This document shows positions 17,871-27,490 of a stretch of 64,000 nucleotides of DNA, piece after piece. The first letter of the stretch is position 1. Each line of letters opens with the position of its first letter. Source of the stretch: Phycisphaeraceae bacterium (GTDB taxonomy: Bacteria; Planctomycetota; Phycisphaerae; Phycisphaerales; UBA1924). The DNA lies in assembly GCA_019636515.1 (NCBI GenBank), contig JAHBXI010000003.1, positions 641,478 through 705,477 on the forward strand, read 5' to 3'. Under the pieces are notes generated by a model. It ran no database searches, was not told the DNA's origin, and worked only from the letters and a program-made list of their open reading frames with translations. The position numbers and the translations under genes are program-made.

Positions 17871-18749
17871 TCAGGGTCGGCGTCGTCGCGCGGCGAAGAG
17901 GACACCGGCCAGGAGGGCGATGGTGCCCGGGGCTGGGATGTAGACAAGCCCCTGTGGTCCGCCGTTGATGACATCGACGATGGTCCAGGTGTGGAAGTCG
18001 GGGATGTCGATGTTGCCGTCTTTCCAGTCTTTCTTGAAGGCGTTCTTGAGGTTGTCGGTAACGGGCCCCCAGGCGGCGGGCGCGCCGTAGAGGGTTCCAT
18101 CGACGGTGACCTGCCCGGCGTTGATGCGGAATCCCCAGATGAACGAGCCGATGAACTCGACTTTCTGGTCGGTCAGGTTGACCAGAGCCAGGGACATCTC
18201 GGCCTTCCAGACTTCGTTGACGTTCAGCGGGCGGTCGGGGTAGTCGTCGAATTCCTGTGTGTCGGCGTTGAATTGTCCGTAGCGGGGGTCGTTGGTGACG
18301 TTGCCGGTGTCGATGAACCACTCGCCGGGACCGGCCTTCCAGGGCTGGACGCCGGGGTTGGTCTCGGCGCTGACGGCCTGGATGAAGGCGAAGGACCAGT
18401 TGGGGGAGAGTTGGACGAAGTTGGGGAGGCTCTTGACGTAATCGGCCCAGGCGCCTCCGGTGCCGGACATGGGCCCGTCGGCGATCGCCCCGTGGGTGCC
18501 CTTGTAGAGTTGGTGCTCGGCCTTCATGGATCCGATCGGCTTGAACTGCGGCCCCATGTTTTTGACGGGGTGGAAGAGGTCGAACTCGATGGCGGTCTTG
18601 GCGCCGACGGTGCTGAGGAGTTTGTAGCCGTCGGCGAAGGTGTAGGGGAGTTGGTCCTGGGTGATGACGCCGGCGGAGGCGGCCGAGATGGCCAATCCGG
18701 CGAAGGCGATGACGACGACGGACGAGGCGTGGATCGAGCGATTCCTCAT
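17871..18749 (-). CDS. PEP-CTERM sorting domain protein
   Basis: Signal peptide; C-terminal IPAPGTIALLAGVLFAARRRRP (PEP-like motif, TM helix, Arg-rich tail). Confidence 0.8.
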   Translation of the reverse strand: MRNRSIHASSVVVIAFAGLAISAASAGVITQDQLPYTFADGYKLLSTVGAKTAIEFDLFHPVKNMGPQFKPIGSMKAEHQLYKGTHGAIADGPMSGTGGAWADYVKSLPNFVQLSPNWSFAFIQAVSAETNPGVQPWKAGPGEWFIDTGNVTNDPRYGQFNADTQEFDDYPDRPLNVNEVWKAEMSLALVNLTDQKVEFIGSFIWGFRINAGQVTVDGTLYGAPAAWGPVTDNLKNAFKKDWKDGNIDIPDFHTWTIVDVINGGPQGLVYIPAPGTIALLAGVLFAARRRRP

Positions 18750-18923
18750 GTCTTGCTCCCTCTGCTTTTCGTGGTCTGTCAATGGGAATTGGCCGGTGTC
18801 GTTCCCCGCGCGGGCTGGGCCGGCGGATGGCGGAACGGCCATTCTCGGGATTCCTCACGTCGGTGCAAGAAAAATGCGACCTGGCCGTGGGAGGCCCGAC
18901 CGGCTCAGGCGCGAGGTCCGGGA

Positions 18924-20066
18924 ATGGCGGGCGTGGGCGTCGTGAATGGTGTTTGCCTCTACGATCAGGGGATGTTCAACCTTCAGCAGATCGCGTTGTT
19001 GTCGGACGCCCGCACGAGGTCGATCAGCGCGGAGAACCCGACGGGGGGGGTGTCGGCGGGGGCGCAATCTTCTCCTGGCGATCCGGGGACGACGCCCGCG
19101 TCGAGGGTGCTTGGTCGCGGCTGGAAGGTTCGTCCGTGCCTTCGCGACCTGCTTCCCGGGCAGACGGTGACGCTGGCGGACATCGAGGGGCCTGGGGTGG
19201 TGCAGCACCTGTGGTTCACGGTGCTGTCCGAGGCGCACCGGAGTCTGTCGCTGCGGGTGTACTACGACGACCAGGAGCACGCGTCGGTGGAGTGCCCCCT
19301 GGGTGATTTTTTCGGGAACGGCCTTGATGGTCTGGCGCTGGTGAACTCGCTGCCGGTGGCGGTGAACCCTCGCGGGGGGATGAACAGTTACTGGCCGATG
19401 CCGTTCCGCGGGCGTTTCAGGCTGACGATCACCAACGACGGTCCTTCGGCGGTCGGGGAACTGTTCTACCAGGTGACGTACGCGCTGGGAGAGGTGCCGG
19501 AGGATGCGGCGTACTTCCATGCCTCGTGGCGGCGATCGGTGACGACGCGTGAGCGTCCGGAGCACACGATTCTCGACGGGGTGCGCGGCCGCGGGCACTA
19601 CGTTGGGACGTCGCTGGTGTGGGCGCAGTTGAGTACGTGGTGGTGGGGCGAGGGGGAGGTGAAGTTTTTCATCGACGGCGACCCTCCGGACGGGCCGACG
19701 ATCTGCGGGACGGGGACGGAGGATTATTTCGGCGGGGCGTGGGGCTTTGTGATGGACCACGGGCGTGACCTGACGCCGACGACCTACTCGACGGCGTTCC
19801 TTGGGTATACGCAGGCGGTGTTCGGCTCGGCGGCGAAGATCGGTCCGCGTCCGCCGCAGCACAACCTGTATCGCTGGCACATCCCCGATCCGATCCGGTT
19901 TTCCCGTGACTTGCGTGTGACGGTGCAGGCGCTTGGATGGTGGCCTCAGGCGGGGGTTTACCAGCCGCTGGCGGATGACATCGCGTCGGTGGCGTACTGG
20001 TACCAGGCGCTGCCGTCGGCGGGGTTGGCGTCTCTTGGGGGCATGGCGGAGCGGTGGCCGAGGTGA
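18924..20066 (+). CDS. DUF2961 (GH172-like) family protein
   Basis: FFGNG, MNSYWPMPF and GTGTEDYF motifs. An alternative ATG lies at 18972. Confidence 0.75.
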   Translation: MAGVGVVNGVCLYDQGMFNLQQIALLSDARTRSISAENPTGGVSAGAQSSPGDPGTTPASRVLGRGWKVRPCLRDLLPGQTVTLADIEGPGVVQHLWFTVLSEAHRSLSLRVYYDDQEHASVECPLGDFFGNGLDGLALVNSLPVAVNPRGGMNSYWPMPFRGRFRLTITNDGPSAVGELFYQVTYALGEVPEDAAYFHASWRRSVTTRERPEHTILDGVRGRGHYVGTSLVWAQLSTWWWGEGEVKFFIDGDPPDGPTICGTGTEDYFGGAWGFVMDHGRDLTPTTYSTAFLGYTQAVFGSAAKIGPRPPQHNLYRWHIPDPIRFSRDLRVTVQALGWWPQAGVYQPLADDIASVAYWYQALPSAGLASLGGMAERWPR

Positions 20067-20244
20067 TGGGGGTGGTGAGAGGGGCGGCGATGGAGCCGGT
20101 GATGGGGCAGGGTGTCGGGCGACGCGTTTCCGGGAGCCTAATATTCACCGTCCTCGGGGAGATCGAATCGGGGCTGGTCGGGCGAGGGTGTCCCTCGCGA
20201 GCGGTCGGCCCGGTCTCCGCGGCGGCGAGTCTGGAGTGCGCTGT

Positions 20245-20979
20245 ATGAAACGGATGTCGTTGGCGGTGTGGTCGCTGGCGTTGTGCGGGGGTCTTTCGGC
20301 GGCGGTGGCGATCGCGCAGCCGTCGGAGCAGCCCGGCGGCCCGAGCAAGGTCACGCCGATCAGGGTGAATCCGTCGGTGCCGAGTGAGCCTCCCCCGGCT
20401 CGGGAGATTTCCCCCGAGGAACAGGCGATGGAGGAGGCGAGTGCTCCCGACGAGCATCACGACAAGTTCGAGAAGTTCCTGGGCCGGTGGGATGCGTCGA
20501 TGAAGTTCTGGATGGGCGGAGAGGGTGAGCCAACCGAGATGACGATGTCGGTGATCAGCCGCTGGGACCCTGGCATGGGCCGGCGTTTCCTGATCATGGA
20601 TCACAGCGGCAAGTTCTTTGACCGTCCGTTCCGCGGGACGGCGACGTGGGGGTACAACAAGGCGACGAAGAAGTACGAGTCGGTCTGGCGGGACAGTTTC
20701 AGCACGGGGATGATGATCTCGCACGGTGAGATGAGCACCGACGGCAAGACGCTGTCGTTCAAGGGGGAGAACGTGGATTCGATGGATGGTTCGAAGGTCA
20801 AGACCCGCGAGGTGTATACGTGGATTGCGGACGATTCGTACCGGTTCGAGATGTTTGAGTCCCGGTCGGGCGGGCAGGAAAAGAAGGTGATCGAGGCGAC
20901 CTACACCAAGGCGCAGGTGGGTGGTCGGCCGGGGATCAACGTGAGGCCCGCCCAAAGACCGAACGAACAGTCGAAGTAA
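20245..20979 (+). CDS. DUF1579 domain lipocalin-like secreted protein
   Basis: Signal peptide MKRMSLAVWSLALCGGLSAAVA; FLGRWD ... MMISHGEMSTDGKTLSFKGE. Confidence 0.65.
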   Translation: MKRMSLAVWSLALCGGLSAAVAIAQPSEQPGGPSKVTPIRVNPSVPSEPPPAREISPEEQAMEEASAPDEHHDKFEKFLGRWDASMKFWMGGEGEPTEMTMSVISRWDPGMGRRFLIMDHSGKFFDRPFRGTATWGYNKATKKYESVWRDSFSTGMMISHGEMSTDGKTLSFKGENVDSMDGSKVKTREVYTWIADDSYRFEMFESRSGGQEKKVIEATYTKAQVGGRPGINVRPAQRPNEQSK

Positions 20980-21158
20980 TGTGGCCGTATAGTTTTGAAG
21001 CGGCGTGGCCGCGCCAGGGTCCTTTCCGTGGTCCTGGCACGTTTCTCGGATTCAATCCAGGCCTCTCGGCCTTGTGAATGACTGGAGTATCGAGGATCGC
21101 CGAAACCTCCGATGGGGTTCGGCATCGAAGTGCGAACCAATCCCAAAGGAGTCGAACG

Positions 21159-21515
21159 ATGAACAAGATTCTGTGCCTCGGTGTGTGCGCTCTGATCGCC
21201 ATGTGCGGCTGCAACAGCAACCAGTCCAAATCGTCGGACATGTCGGTGATGTCCGAGAAAAACGGGGCGTGCTGCTCTTCGAAGGAAGCCAAGACCTGCT
21301 CGGACAAGGGCAACATGTCCGTGATGTCCGAGAAGAAGGAGTGCTCGGAGAAGAAAGAATGCACGGAGAAGAAGGAGTGCTCGGACAGCGCGAAGGCGGC
21401 CTGCCCCGCGACCGGTGAGGCGAACATGTCGGTGATGTCGGAGAAGAAGGACTGCTCGGAGAAGAAGTCCTGCTCCGAGAAGAAGGTCTGCCCGGTGAGC
21501 GGCGGCCAGTCGTAA
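21159..21515 (+). CDS. Cys-rich tandem-repeat lipoprotein
   Basis: Lipobox IAMCGC and four MSVMSEKK[ED]CSEKK-type repeats; RBS AAAGGA upstream; terminator downstream. Confidence 0.75.
   Translation: MNKILCLGVCALIAMCGCNSNQSKSSDMSVMSEKNGACCSSKEAKTCSDKGNMSVMSEKKECSEKKECTEKKECSDSAKAACPATGEANMSVMSEKKDCSEKKSCSEKKVCPVSGGQS
21300..21480 (+). repeat. in-frame tandem DNA repeats encoding MSVMSEKKxCSEKK units
   Basis: Repeated atgtcggtgatgtccgagaagaag... units visible in the sequence. Confidence 0.7.
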
Positions 21516-21557
21516 GGCGGGAAGCCTTCCGACGCGGACATCCTGATTGAACGACCT

Positions 21558-21586
21558 GGCGCCCGCTCCGTGCGGGCGTTTTTCTT
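21558..21586 (+). terminator. rho-independent terminator
   Basis: GCCCGC-TCCGT-GCGGGC hairpin followed by a T5-rich run. Confidence 0.6.
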
Positions 21587-21656
21587 GGCGTGAATGCCCG
21601 GGTTCAAGGGGCGTGGGCCGGGTCTTGCTTGCATGGTCGGCCGCTACACTGGGCCC

Positions 21657-22703
21657 ATGCTCGAACTGCTCGACCAGATCCAGAGTTCCGCGCTCGGCGA
21701 GATTGAGGGGGTCGATTCCCCCGAGCAACTGGAGCGATGGCGGATCGCGTACCTGGGTGGATCGGGGCGTGTGAAGACGGCGTGGGCGGGCTTCAAGGAC
21801 GTCCCGAAGGAGCAGAAGGCGGCGGTGGGGGCGAGGTTCAAGTCGCTGAACGAGTCGCTGGAGGCGGCCCTGGAGCGTCGCCGTGCGATGCTCTTCTCGT
21901 CGAGCCCCGGCGCGACGGGTCCGATGATCGACGTGACGGAGCCTGGGGTGGTGCATTCGGAGGGAATCGGTCGTCGGCACATCATCAGCCGGGTGCGTGA
22001 CGAACTGGTCGAGGTCTTTGCGCGGATGGGATTCGACGTGGCGGACGGCCCGGAACTTGAGGACGACGAGCACAACTTCATCAAACTGAACATCCCTCCC
22101 GACCACCCGGCGCGTGACCCGATCGACAATTTTTACATCGATGATCCTCGTCGCGGGGCGTCCGCGCGGATGCTTCGCAGCCAGACGAGCACGGTGCAGA
22201 TCCGAGTGCTTGAGCAGGCGGTGAAGGCGGGGTGGGGCGGTGACGGGAGCGTGCCGATCAAGGTGGTGGCGCCCGGGCGCGTCTACCGCCCGGACACGGT
22301 GGACGCGACGCACTCGTTCATGTTCCACCAGATCGAGGGCCTGTACGTGGACCGTGGGGTGGCGATGTCGGACCTGAAGACAACGCTGTTGTCGTTCGCG
22401 CGGGCGTACTTTGGCGCGGAGGCCCAGGTGCGTCTGCGTCCGAGTTTTTTCCCGTTCACGGAGCCGTCGGCGGAGTTCGACATGCGGATCCGGCTGCGTT
22501 CCGACCAGCCCGCGCGGTGGATGGAACTGGGCGGGTGCGGGATGGTGGACCCGGCGGTGTTCGAGGCGTGCGGGATCGACCCGGAGCGGTGGACGGGGTA
22601 CGCGTTTGGCTTCGGAATCGAGCGTCTGGCGATGGGCAAGTACGGGATCCCGGATATCCGGATGCTGTTCGAGAACGACGTTCGCTTTCTGCGTCAGTTG
22701 TGA
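21657..22703 (+). CDS. pheS: phenylalanine--tRNA ligase alpha subunit
   Basis: Class II aaRS motifs (FHQIEG, GFGIERLAM). No pheT adjacent. Confidence 0.92.
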   Translation: MLELLDQIQSSALGEIEGVDSPEQLERWRIAYLGGSGRVKTAWAGFKDVPKEQKAAVGARFKSLNESLEAALERRRAMLFSSSPGATGPMIDVTEPGVVHSEGIGRRHIISRVRDELVEVFARMGFDVADGPELEDDEHNFIKLNIPPDHPARDPIDNFYIDDPRRGASARMLRSQTSTVQIRVLEQAVKAGWGGDGSVPIKVVAPGRVYRPDTVDATHSFMFHQIEGLYVDRGVAMSDLKTTLLSFARAYFGAEAQVRLRPSFFPFTEPSAEFDMRIRLRSDQPARWMELGGCGMVDPAVFEACGIDPERWTGYAFGFGIERLAMGKYGIPDIRMLFENDVRFLRQL

Positions 22704-22727
22704 CCGTGCCCCGGGGGTGGCGGTTGC

Positions 22728-24110
22728 TCATCGCCGCGGGGGGTTCTGCTGGCGCGGGTCGTTTGGACGTATGGAATCGCGGTAGGCATCGAACGAGAGG
22801 GACTGATACGCCTCGGCGGGCGGGGCGGGGGTGACCATCCAACCCCACAGTCCCGGGACGCTGTAGGCGATGACGGAGGTGGGGGGATGGAAGTGGGACG
22901 CGATGGGGGCGATGAGGTTGAGGTCGTCGTGGGTGCCGAAGTATTTCCAGGGGCGGTCGATGGGCTGCGGGCGTGAACTCTGCTTGCGGATGCGGACGAT
23001 GTCGACCGGGACCCAGTTGATGGTGTTGTTGTCCTCGTCGTAAAGGGCGAACTCGACCCAGGAGCGGAGGATCCCGCGGCTGGATTTTCTTTCGAGGAAC
23101 TTGCGGTCGACGTTCTGGGCCTCAACGCCGATGATGATCCTGGCGGGAAGTCCGGCGGCGCGGTAGAGCGAGGTGAGGAGGCAGGTGAGGTCGAATTCGG
23201 TTCCGCGGCCGGTCTCGATGACCGCGTCGATGCCGTCGAGGGCGAATCCCTGGAGATCACCCGTGCGGAGGGTGGATCGCCCGTCGCCGGTGGGCTGGAT
23301 GAAGCGGACGACCTCGGCGGCGATCATCTTGGCAAGGCGCGCGGGGGAGTGCGCCCGTGGATCCGGCCCGCACCAGTTGGTGATGGCGTTCTTGAGTTTT
23401 TCCTGGTTGTACGGCTGTCCGTCCGGGCCGGTTTCGATATAAACCTGGGGCTGGAAGACGGCCTTGACGGTGGCGGGCCAGTCGTTCTTGGGCCAGTTGA
23501 CTCGGAGGGCGGCCTGCTCGTCGTATCGAGTCCGGTAGCAGGTCATGGGGACCTCGACTTGCATCTCGACCTCCCGGGCGTAGCCGTCTTGAACGTCCCC
23601 AGGACCCGAGCCGGTCCTGGTGGCGAACTGAGCCAGTCGCGGCGCGGCGACGATGGAGGGCACTCCCGATGGGCGGCGGGAGAGCCTGGGGGTTGGCACG
23701 ATCTCCTTGCCGTCGGCCTTGAGCCATCCCTCGACGCGGTCTTCAGCGGGTATGGAACTGGCGGTCTCCGGCAGGACGGGAAAAACGACGGTCATGGTCT
23801 GGAAATAAAACCCGGGGAGGCTGCCCACCGAGGTGGCGGCCTCGTTTCGCTGCTGACCCGGAGGCAGGGCCAGCGCGGAGGCCCCGGCGCCGGGCGCCCG
23901 CGACGAGATGCGAACGTGGGATCTCAGGACCCAGTCCTTGCCGCTGTCCCTGGTGACGTAGGGGCCGAGTTGGAGTTCGCCCTTCCTGGCGGCGTCGGCG
24001 GGCTGCCGCTCGTGCGCTGGGGCGTACAGGGCATCCGCCGCGCCAGGGACCGCGGCCGCGGCGAGTGACGCCACGAGGGCGGCCAGGAATCGGGGGGTGT
24101 GGTGTTGCAT
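22728..24110 (-). CDS. secreted hypothetical protein (possibly transglutaminase-like)
   Basis: Signal peptide MQHHTPRFLAALVASLAAAAVPGA; no firm motif. Confidence 0.45.
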   Translation of the reverse strand: MQHHTPRFLAALVASLAAAAVPGAADALYAPAHERQPADAARKGELQLGPYVTRDSGKDWVLRSHVRISSRAPGAGASALALPPGQQRNEAATSVGSLPGFYFQTMTVVFPVLPETASSIPAEDRVEGWLKADGKEIVPTPRLSRRPSGVPSIVAAPRLAQFATRTGSGPGDVQDGYAREVEMQVEVPMTCYRTRYDEQAALRVNWPKNDWPATVKAVFQPQVYIETGPDGQPYNQEKLKNAITNWCGPDPRAHSPARLAKMIAAEVVRFIQPTGDGRSTLRTGDLQGFALDGIDAVIETGRGTEFDLTCLLTSLYRAAGLPARIIIGVEAQNVDRKFLERKSSRGILRSWVEFALYDEDNNTINWVPVDIVRIRKQSSRPQPIDRPWKYFGTHDDLNLIAPIASHFHPPTSVIAYSVPGLWGWMVTPAPPAEAYQSLSFDAYRDSIRPNDPRQQNPPRR

Positions 24111-24269
24111 GAGTCGGCTCCTTACGGTGCGGTCGGATCGGCACAACGATAGGGAAAAGGCGGTCGCGGCGGCGCGGTGGGCGGTTGAGTGGTGGCCATG
24201 TTGAGACGCCCGTGGTGTTGGATCGTTCCTGAGGATGAAGTTGATCCCGTGGCGTGGGGTTTGAGGGAT

Positions 24270-25244
24270 TCAATCAATGAGGGCCTCACCCGGGCGGAGG
24301 GCCGCGACCCGGTCGCACGAGGCTCCGGCGGCGTCGGAAAGCCGTTCGAGGGGCTCGGTGATCGGTTCGGAACTGAGGGGGAACGTGGAATGATGGATCG
24401 GGAGGAGGCGTTGGGCCGCGGCGCGCTGGACCATTTGCCAGACCTGCTCGGGGGTGGCGTGCGCGTGGACCCAGGGTTGGTATCCCCCGATGCCGAGGAT
24501 GGCCAGGTCGGCCTTGAGCCCGTCAAAGGCGTTGGTCATGGCGGTGTCTCCGCCGAACAGGACGCGGCGCGGCCGTCCGGAGAGCGACTCGATGAGGTAA
24601 CTGTTGTATCCGCGGTCGGTGTCGAGGGCGGTGCGTGCTCCCCAGTGGTTCGGTCGAATGGCGGTGAAGCGCAGGGCGCCGATGGTGAGCGAGTCCCCGG
24701 CGGGCAGTTCGTCGACTTGTCCGAACCCGCGTGGGATGAGTCCTCGTGTTCCCGGGGCCGTGACGACGCGGACGGTGGGTGATGCCAGGGCCTGGAGGGT
24801 CGGGCGGTCGAGATGATCGAAGTGGGCGTGGGAGAGGAGGATGATGGTCGGTGGTTCGAGATCCGCGGGTCCGACCGGGGCGGGAGCGAGCCTTCCGAGG
24901 CCGATGGACCTTCCGCCGATGCGAGGCCCGATCCGATCCGAGAGGACCGGGTCGGTCAGGACCAGGTCGTCCCCCAGGCGCATGAGGACGGTGGCGTGCC
25001 CGAGCCATGCGGCCCCGAAGCGAGCGCGGCCCAGGCGGTCGAGGGCGGCGCGTGTTCCTTCATCGGCGCAACCCCAGGCCGGCGCCTCGCGGAGTGATCG
25101 CCAGAGTTCCCGCGGGTATCGACGCGAGGCGGACCTTGCCCCCGAGACCGTCCGCCGGAGGAAGTCCGCGGCCCGGGAGCGTGGCGGCGGGTCGTTCGCG
25201 GGCATGTCGAGGCGGGCGCGTGGATTGGCTCCGTTCTCGTTCAC
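24270..25244 (-). CDS. MBL-fold metallo-hydrolase
   Basis: HAHFDH motif. Confidence 0.75.
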   Translation of the reverse strand: MNENGANPRARLDMPANDPPPRSRAADFLRRTVSGARSASRRYPRELWRSLREAPAWGCADEGTRAALDRLGRARFGAAWLGHATVLMRLGDDLVLTDPVLSDRIGPRIGGRSIGLGRLAPAPVGPADLEPPTIILLSHAHFDHLDRPTLQALASPTVRVVTAPGTRGLIPRGFGQVDELPAGDSLTIGALRFTAIRPNHWGARTALDTDRGYNSYLIESLSGRPRRVLFGGDTAMTNAFDGLKADLAILGIGGYQPWVHAHATPEQVWQMVQRAAAQRLLPIHHSTFPLSSEPITEPLERLSDAAGASCDRVAALRPGEALID

Positions 25245-25301
25245 GAGAGGAGTGTAGAAGTCGCGAGGAAGGGCTGGTGATCGCGGCGGGATCGGCCTTG
25301 G

Positions 25302-26096
25302 TCACGGTTGGAGAGTATCGGAAGGGCGGCGTTCGTGATCGATTCCGAAGCGCAGCGCGAGCATTTTCTTCCAGGCCTGTTCGGGGATGTCGTCCAGTCC
25401 GGCGCGCATGCCGGCGATGGTCAGTTGGACGCGGTCGATGACTTTGAGTCGTGAGAAGAGTCCCCGGATGTGCCACTCGATGGCTCTCTTGGTTCGTCCG
25501 ATCGTGGCGCCGATGCGGTCATTGGAGTATCCGCGGGTGACCAGCCGAAGGACCTGGAGTTGCCTCATGCTGAGGGCGTCGAGGATTCCCCAGGTGGCGT
25601 GAACGGCGACCCGGCGATGATCGGTGTCCTGGTCGGGTTCGTCGGACTGGTGGCAGCGGATGACCCGTCGGGAGGTCTGGAGGACGAAGAGGTCGCCGGC
25701 GTGTTGTTCCTCGAATGAAACAAAGAGGCTCTCGACGCGGCATCCGGCGGCGATCTCGACCATTCGAACGGGTTTGCGTGAGATCGTGGCGAGGCGAGCG
25801 AATCGTCGGCGTTCGGCGATCCATCCCTGGGGATCGAAGTGGTGTCGTCGATCGGTGTCGTGGTCTTCGTCGGGGGGAGGGAGCGGCTGGTTGATGGCGA
25901 AGAAATCGTCGAAGTTGTGCGAGACCCCGACGCGTTCACCCATCGGGTCAAAGATGGCGGCGGTGCCGTCTGGCACGGTGAGGTGCAGAGTCGCAAAGTC
26001 CCTCGCGGCATCGAGCGAGAGGGCCATCGCGCCATCGTTTCCGAGTGCGAGGAGCGAATCGAAACGTTCGCTTCCGATCGGGTACAACCGGCTCAC
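25302..26096 (-). CDS. LuxR/GerE-family transcriptional regulator
   Basis: C-terminal HTH LSMRQLQVLRLVTRGYSNDRIGATIGRTKRAIEWHIRGLFSRLKV. Confidence 0.75.
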   Translation of the reverse strand: MSRLYPIGSERFDSLLALGNDGAMALSLDAARDFATLHLTVPDGTAAIFDPMGERVGVSHNFDDFFAINQPLPPPDEDHDTDRRHHFDPQGWIAERRRFARLATISRKPVRMVEIAAGCRVESLFVSFEEQHAGDLFVLQTSRRVIRCHQSDEPDQDTDHRRVAVHATWGILDALSMRQLQVLRLVTRGYSNDRIGATIGRTKRAIEWHIRGLFSRLKVIDRVQLTIAGMRAGLDDIPEQAWKKMLALRFGIDHERRPSDTLQP

Positions 26097-26108
26097 ATTC
26101 CTTCCTCT

Positions 26109-26753
26109 TTATCCCCCGCTGTCTTGATGGTGCGTGAGGCCCGGTGGCGTGCCGCCGGGTGAACCGTTCGAGGTTGAGACCCGGGCACGCGTGATCGACT
26201 GAAGTTCCTGGATCATCGCGTTGAGCGTGTCGGTCAGTTCGGCGGCGAGCGGGGCGCCGAGCGAGCCTGGGCGTCCCATGCCAAAGAGGACGTGGGAGCG
26301 CAGCGCCTGGCAACGCTGGATTCCCAGGGCGGCTTCGGCCGGTGTGAGCCCCGGTCGCAGTCCCTCGTCGAGGTATCGGTTGATCATGGCTTGGGCGGCG
26401 AGCGAGGCGTCGGAGACGAGCATGTGGTCGTTCGAGTCGTCAAGGAACCGATTGACGTGGTCCGTGTCGGCGGAGTCGAGGTCGCATCGAATGATGAGAC
26501 AGATCATCTGGAGAAGGAAGAGAAACTCGCTATCCCAGTTGATCGGTTCGGGGTTGTTGGAGGGGGAATCGGTGAAGCCGTCGGCGTGAAAAGCGGAATC
26601 CTGGGCGAGGGTGGCGGGATTTTCTGGGGTGAGGACCCCACGTGCATGCACTGGCGCGAAGGCGAGGGCGCCGCGATCAACCAAAAAGATGGATGCAATG
26701 ACCATGACAATACATGCTCGCGCGGTATGCTGCGGGCGGCTGGCCGGTTTCAT
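26109..26753 (-). CDS. hypothetical secreted protein
   Basis: 13 bp upstream of the LuxR gene on the same strand; N-terminal hydrophobic segment. Confidence 0.4.
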   Translation of the reverse strand: MKPASRPQHTARACIVMVIASIFLVDRGALAFAPVHARGVLTPENPATLAQDSAFHADGFTDSPSNNPEPINWDSEFLFLLQMICLIIRCDLDSADTDHVNRFLDDSNDHMLVSDASLAAQAMINRYLDEGLRPGLTPAEAALGIQRCQALRSHVLFGMGRPGSLGAPLAAELTDTLNAMIQELQSITRARVSTSNGSPGGTPPGLTHHQDSGG

Positions 26754-26884
26754 TATTTCTCCCTCCAAATATCAGACTGGCGAAAAGAGCCTTTCTGAAT
26801 GGAGGACGATGGCGGACGCGTCGTGTGACAGGGGTACCGGAGATTTTGATGCCGATTGCATCAAAAACAAAGGGGTACGAGAAA

Positions 26885-27490
26885 ATGCTGACGGGGAGCG
26901 AGATTTCAGAAGCGGACTTTTTTGTCCGCATACAGGACGGAGACCGAACGGCGGCGGCGGAGTTCATTGCTTCGAACGCCCCTCTGATCCGTCGTCGCTT
27001 CCGCCACAAACTGGGGCGGGCGATGCGGCGTGTTTTTGACTCTCAGGAACTGATCTCGACGGTGACGCGGCGTCTTGACCGGATGGTCCGCCAGGGGATG
27101 GTTCGCGCCTCGAACAAGCGTCAGATGTGGTCTTTGGTGCTCGAGATCGCGGAGAACGCGGTGGTGGACAAGTCTCGGGCGCTGCGGCGGCTGGAGCGCG
27201 TGGAGAGCGAGGATTCGCCCTTTGCGGCGATGGTTCGTCCGTGCCTGCTGGCTTCGGATGAATCGGGTGAGGGGGTGGAGATCGGCGAGTTGTTCGAGAG
27301 TCTCTCGGACCCTGTGGATCGCGAGATCCTGGCGATGTGGCTGAACGGGATGTCGCACCTGCTGGCTTCGCAACTGCTCGACATGCCTCACGCGACGGTG
27401 CGGAAGCGGTGGGAACGCATCAAGGACAAGTGCCGTGTGCGTATCGAGTCCGGTCCGCCGCGCGGGACGGGGGGGGAGATGGGGGCGTGA
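26885..27490 (+). CDS. ECF-type RNA polymerase sigma factor
   Basis: Sigma-70 region 2 and region 4 (VDREILAMWLNGMSHLLASQLLDMPHATVRKRWERI). Confidence 0.8.
   Translation: MLTGSEISEADFFVRIQDGDRTAAAEFIASNAPLIRRRFRHKLGRAMRRVFDSQELISTVTRRLDRMVRQGMVRASNKRQMWSLVLEIAENAVVDKSRALRRLERVESEDSPFAAMVRPCLLASDESGEGVEIGELFESLSDPVDREILAMWLNGMSHLLASQLLDMPHATVRKRWERIKDKCRVRIESGPPRGTGGEMGA

Noticed and set aside
17662-18858. 398-aa minus-strand ORF overlapping the PEP-CTERM gene in another frame
   Set aside because: It is Arg/Pro-rich junk; the alternative frame carries the signal peptide and PEP-CTERM tail.
19669-22328. Long minus-strand ORFs (428 aa, 475 aa, 232 aa) opposite DUF2961, DUF1579, the Cys-rich lipoprotein and pheS
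   Set aside because: They are antisense shadows of annotated genes. The FFSEQ repeats in the 20936-21634 ORF simply mirror the lipoprotein repeats.
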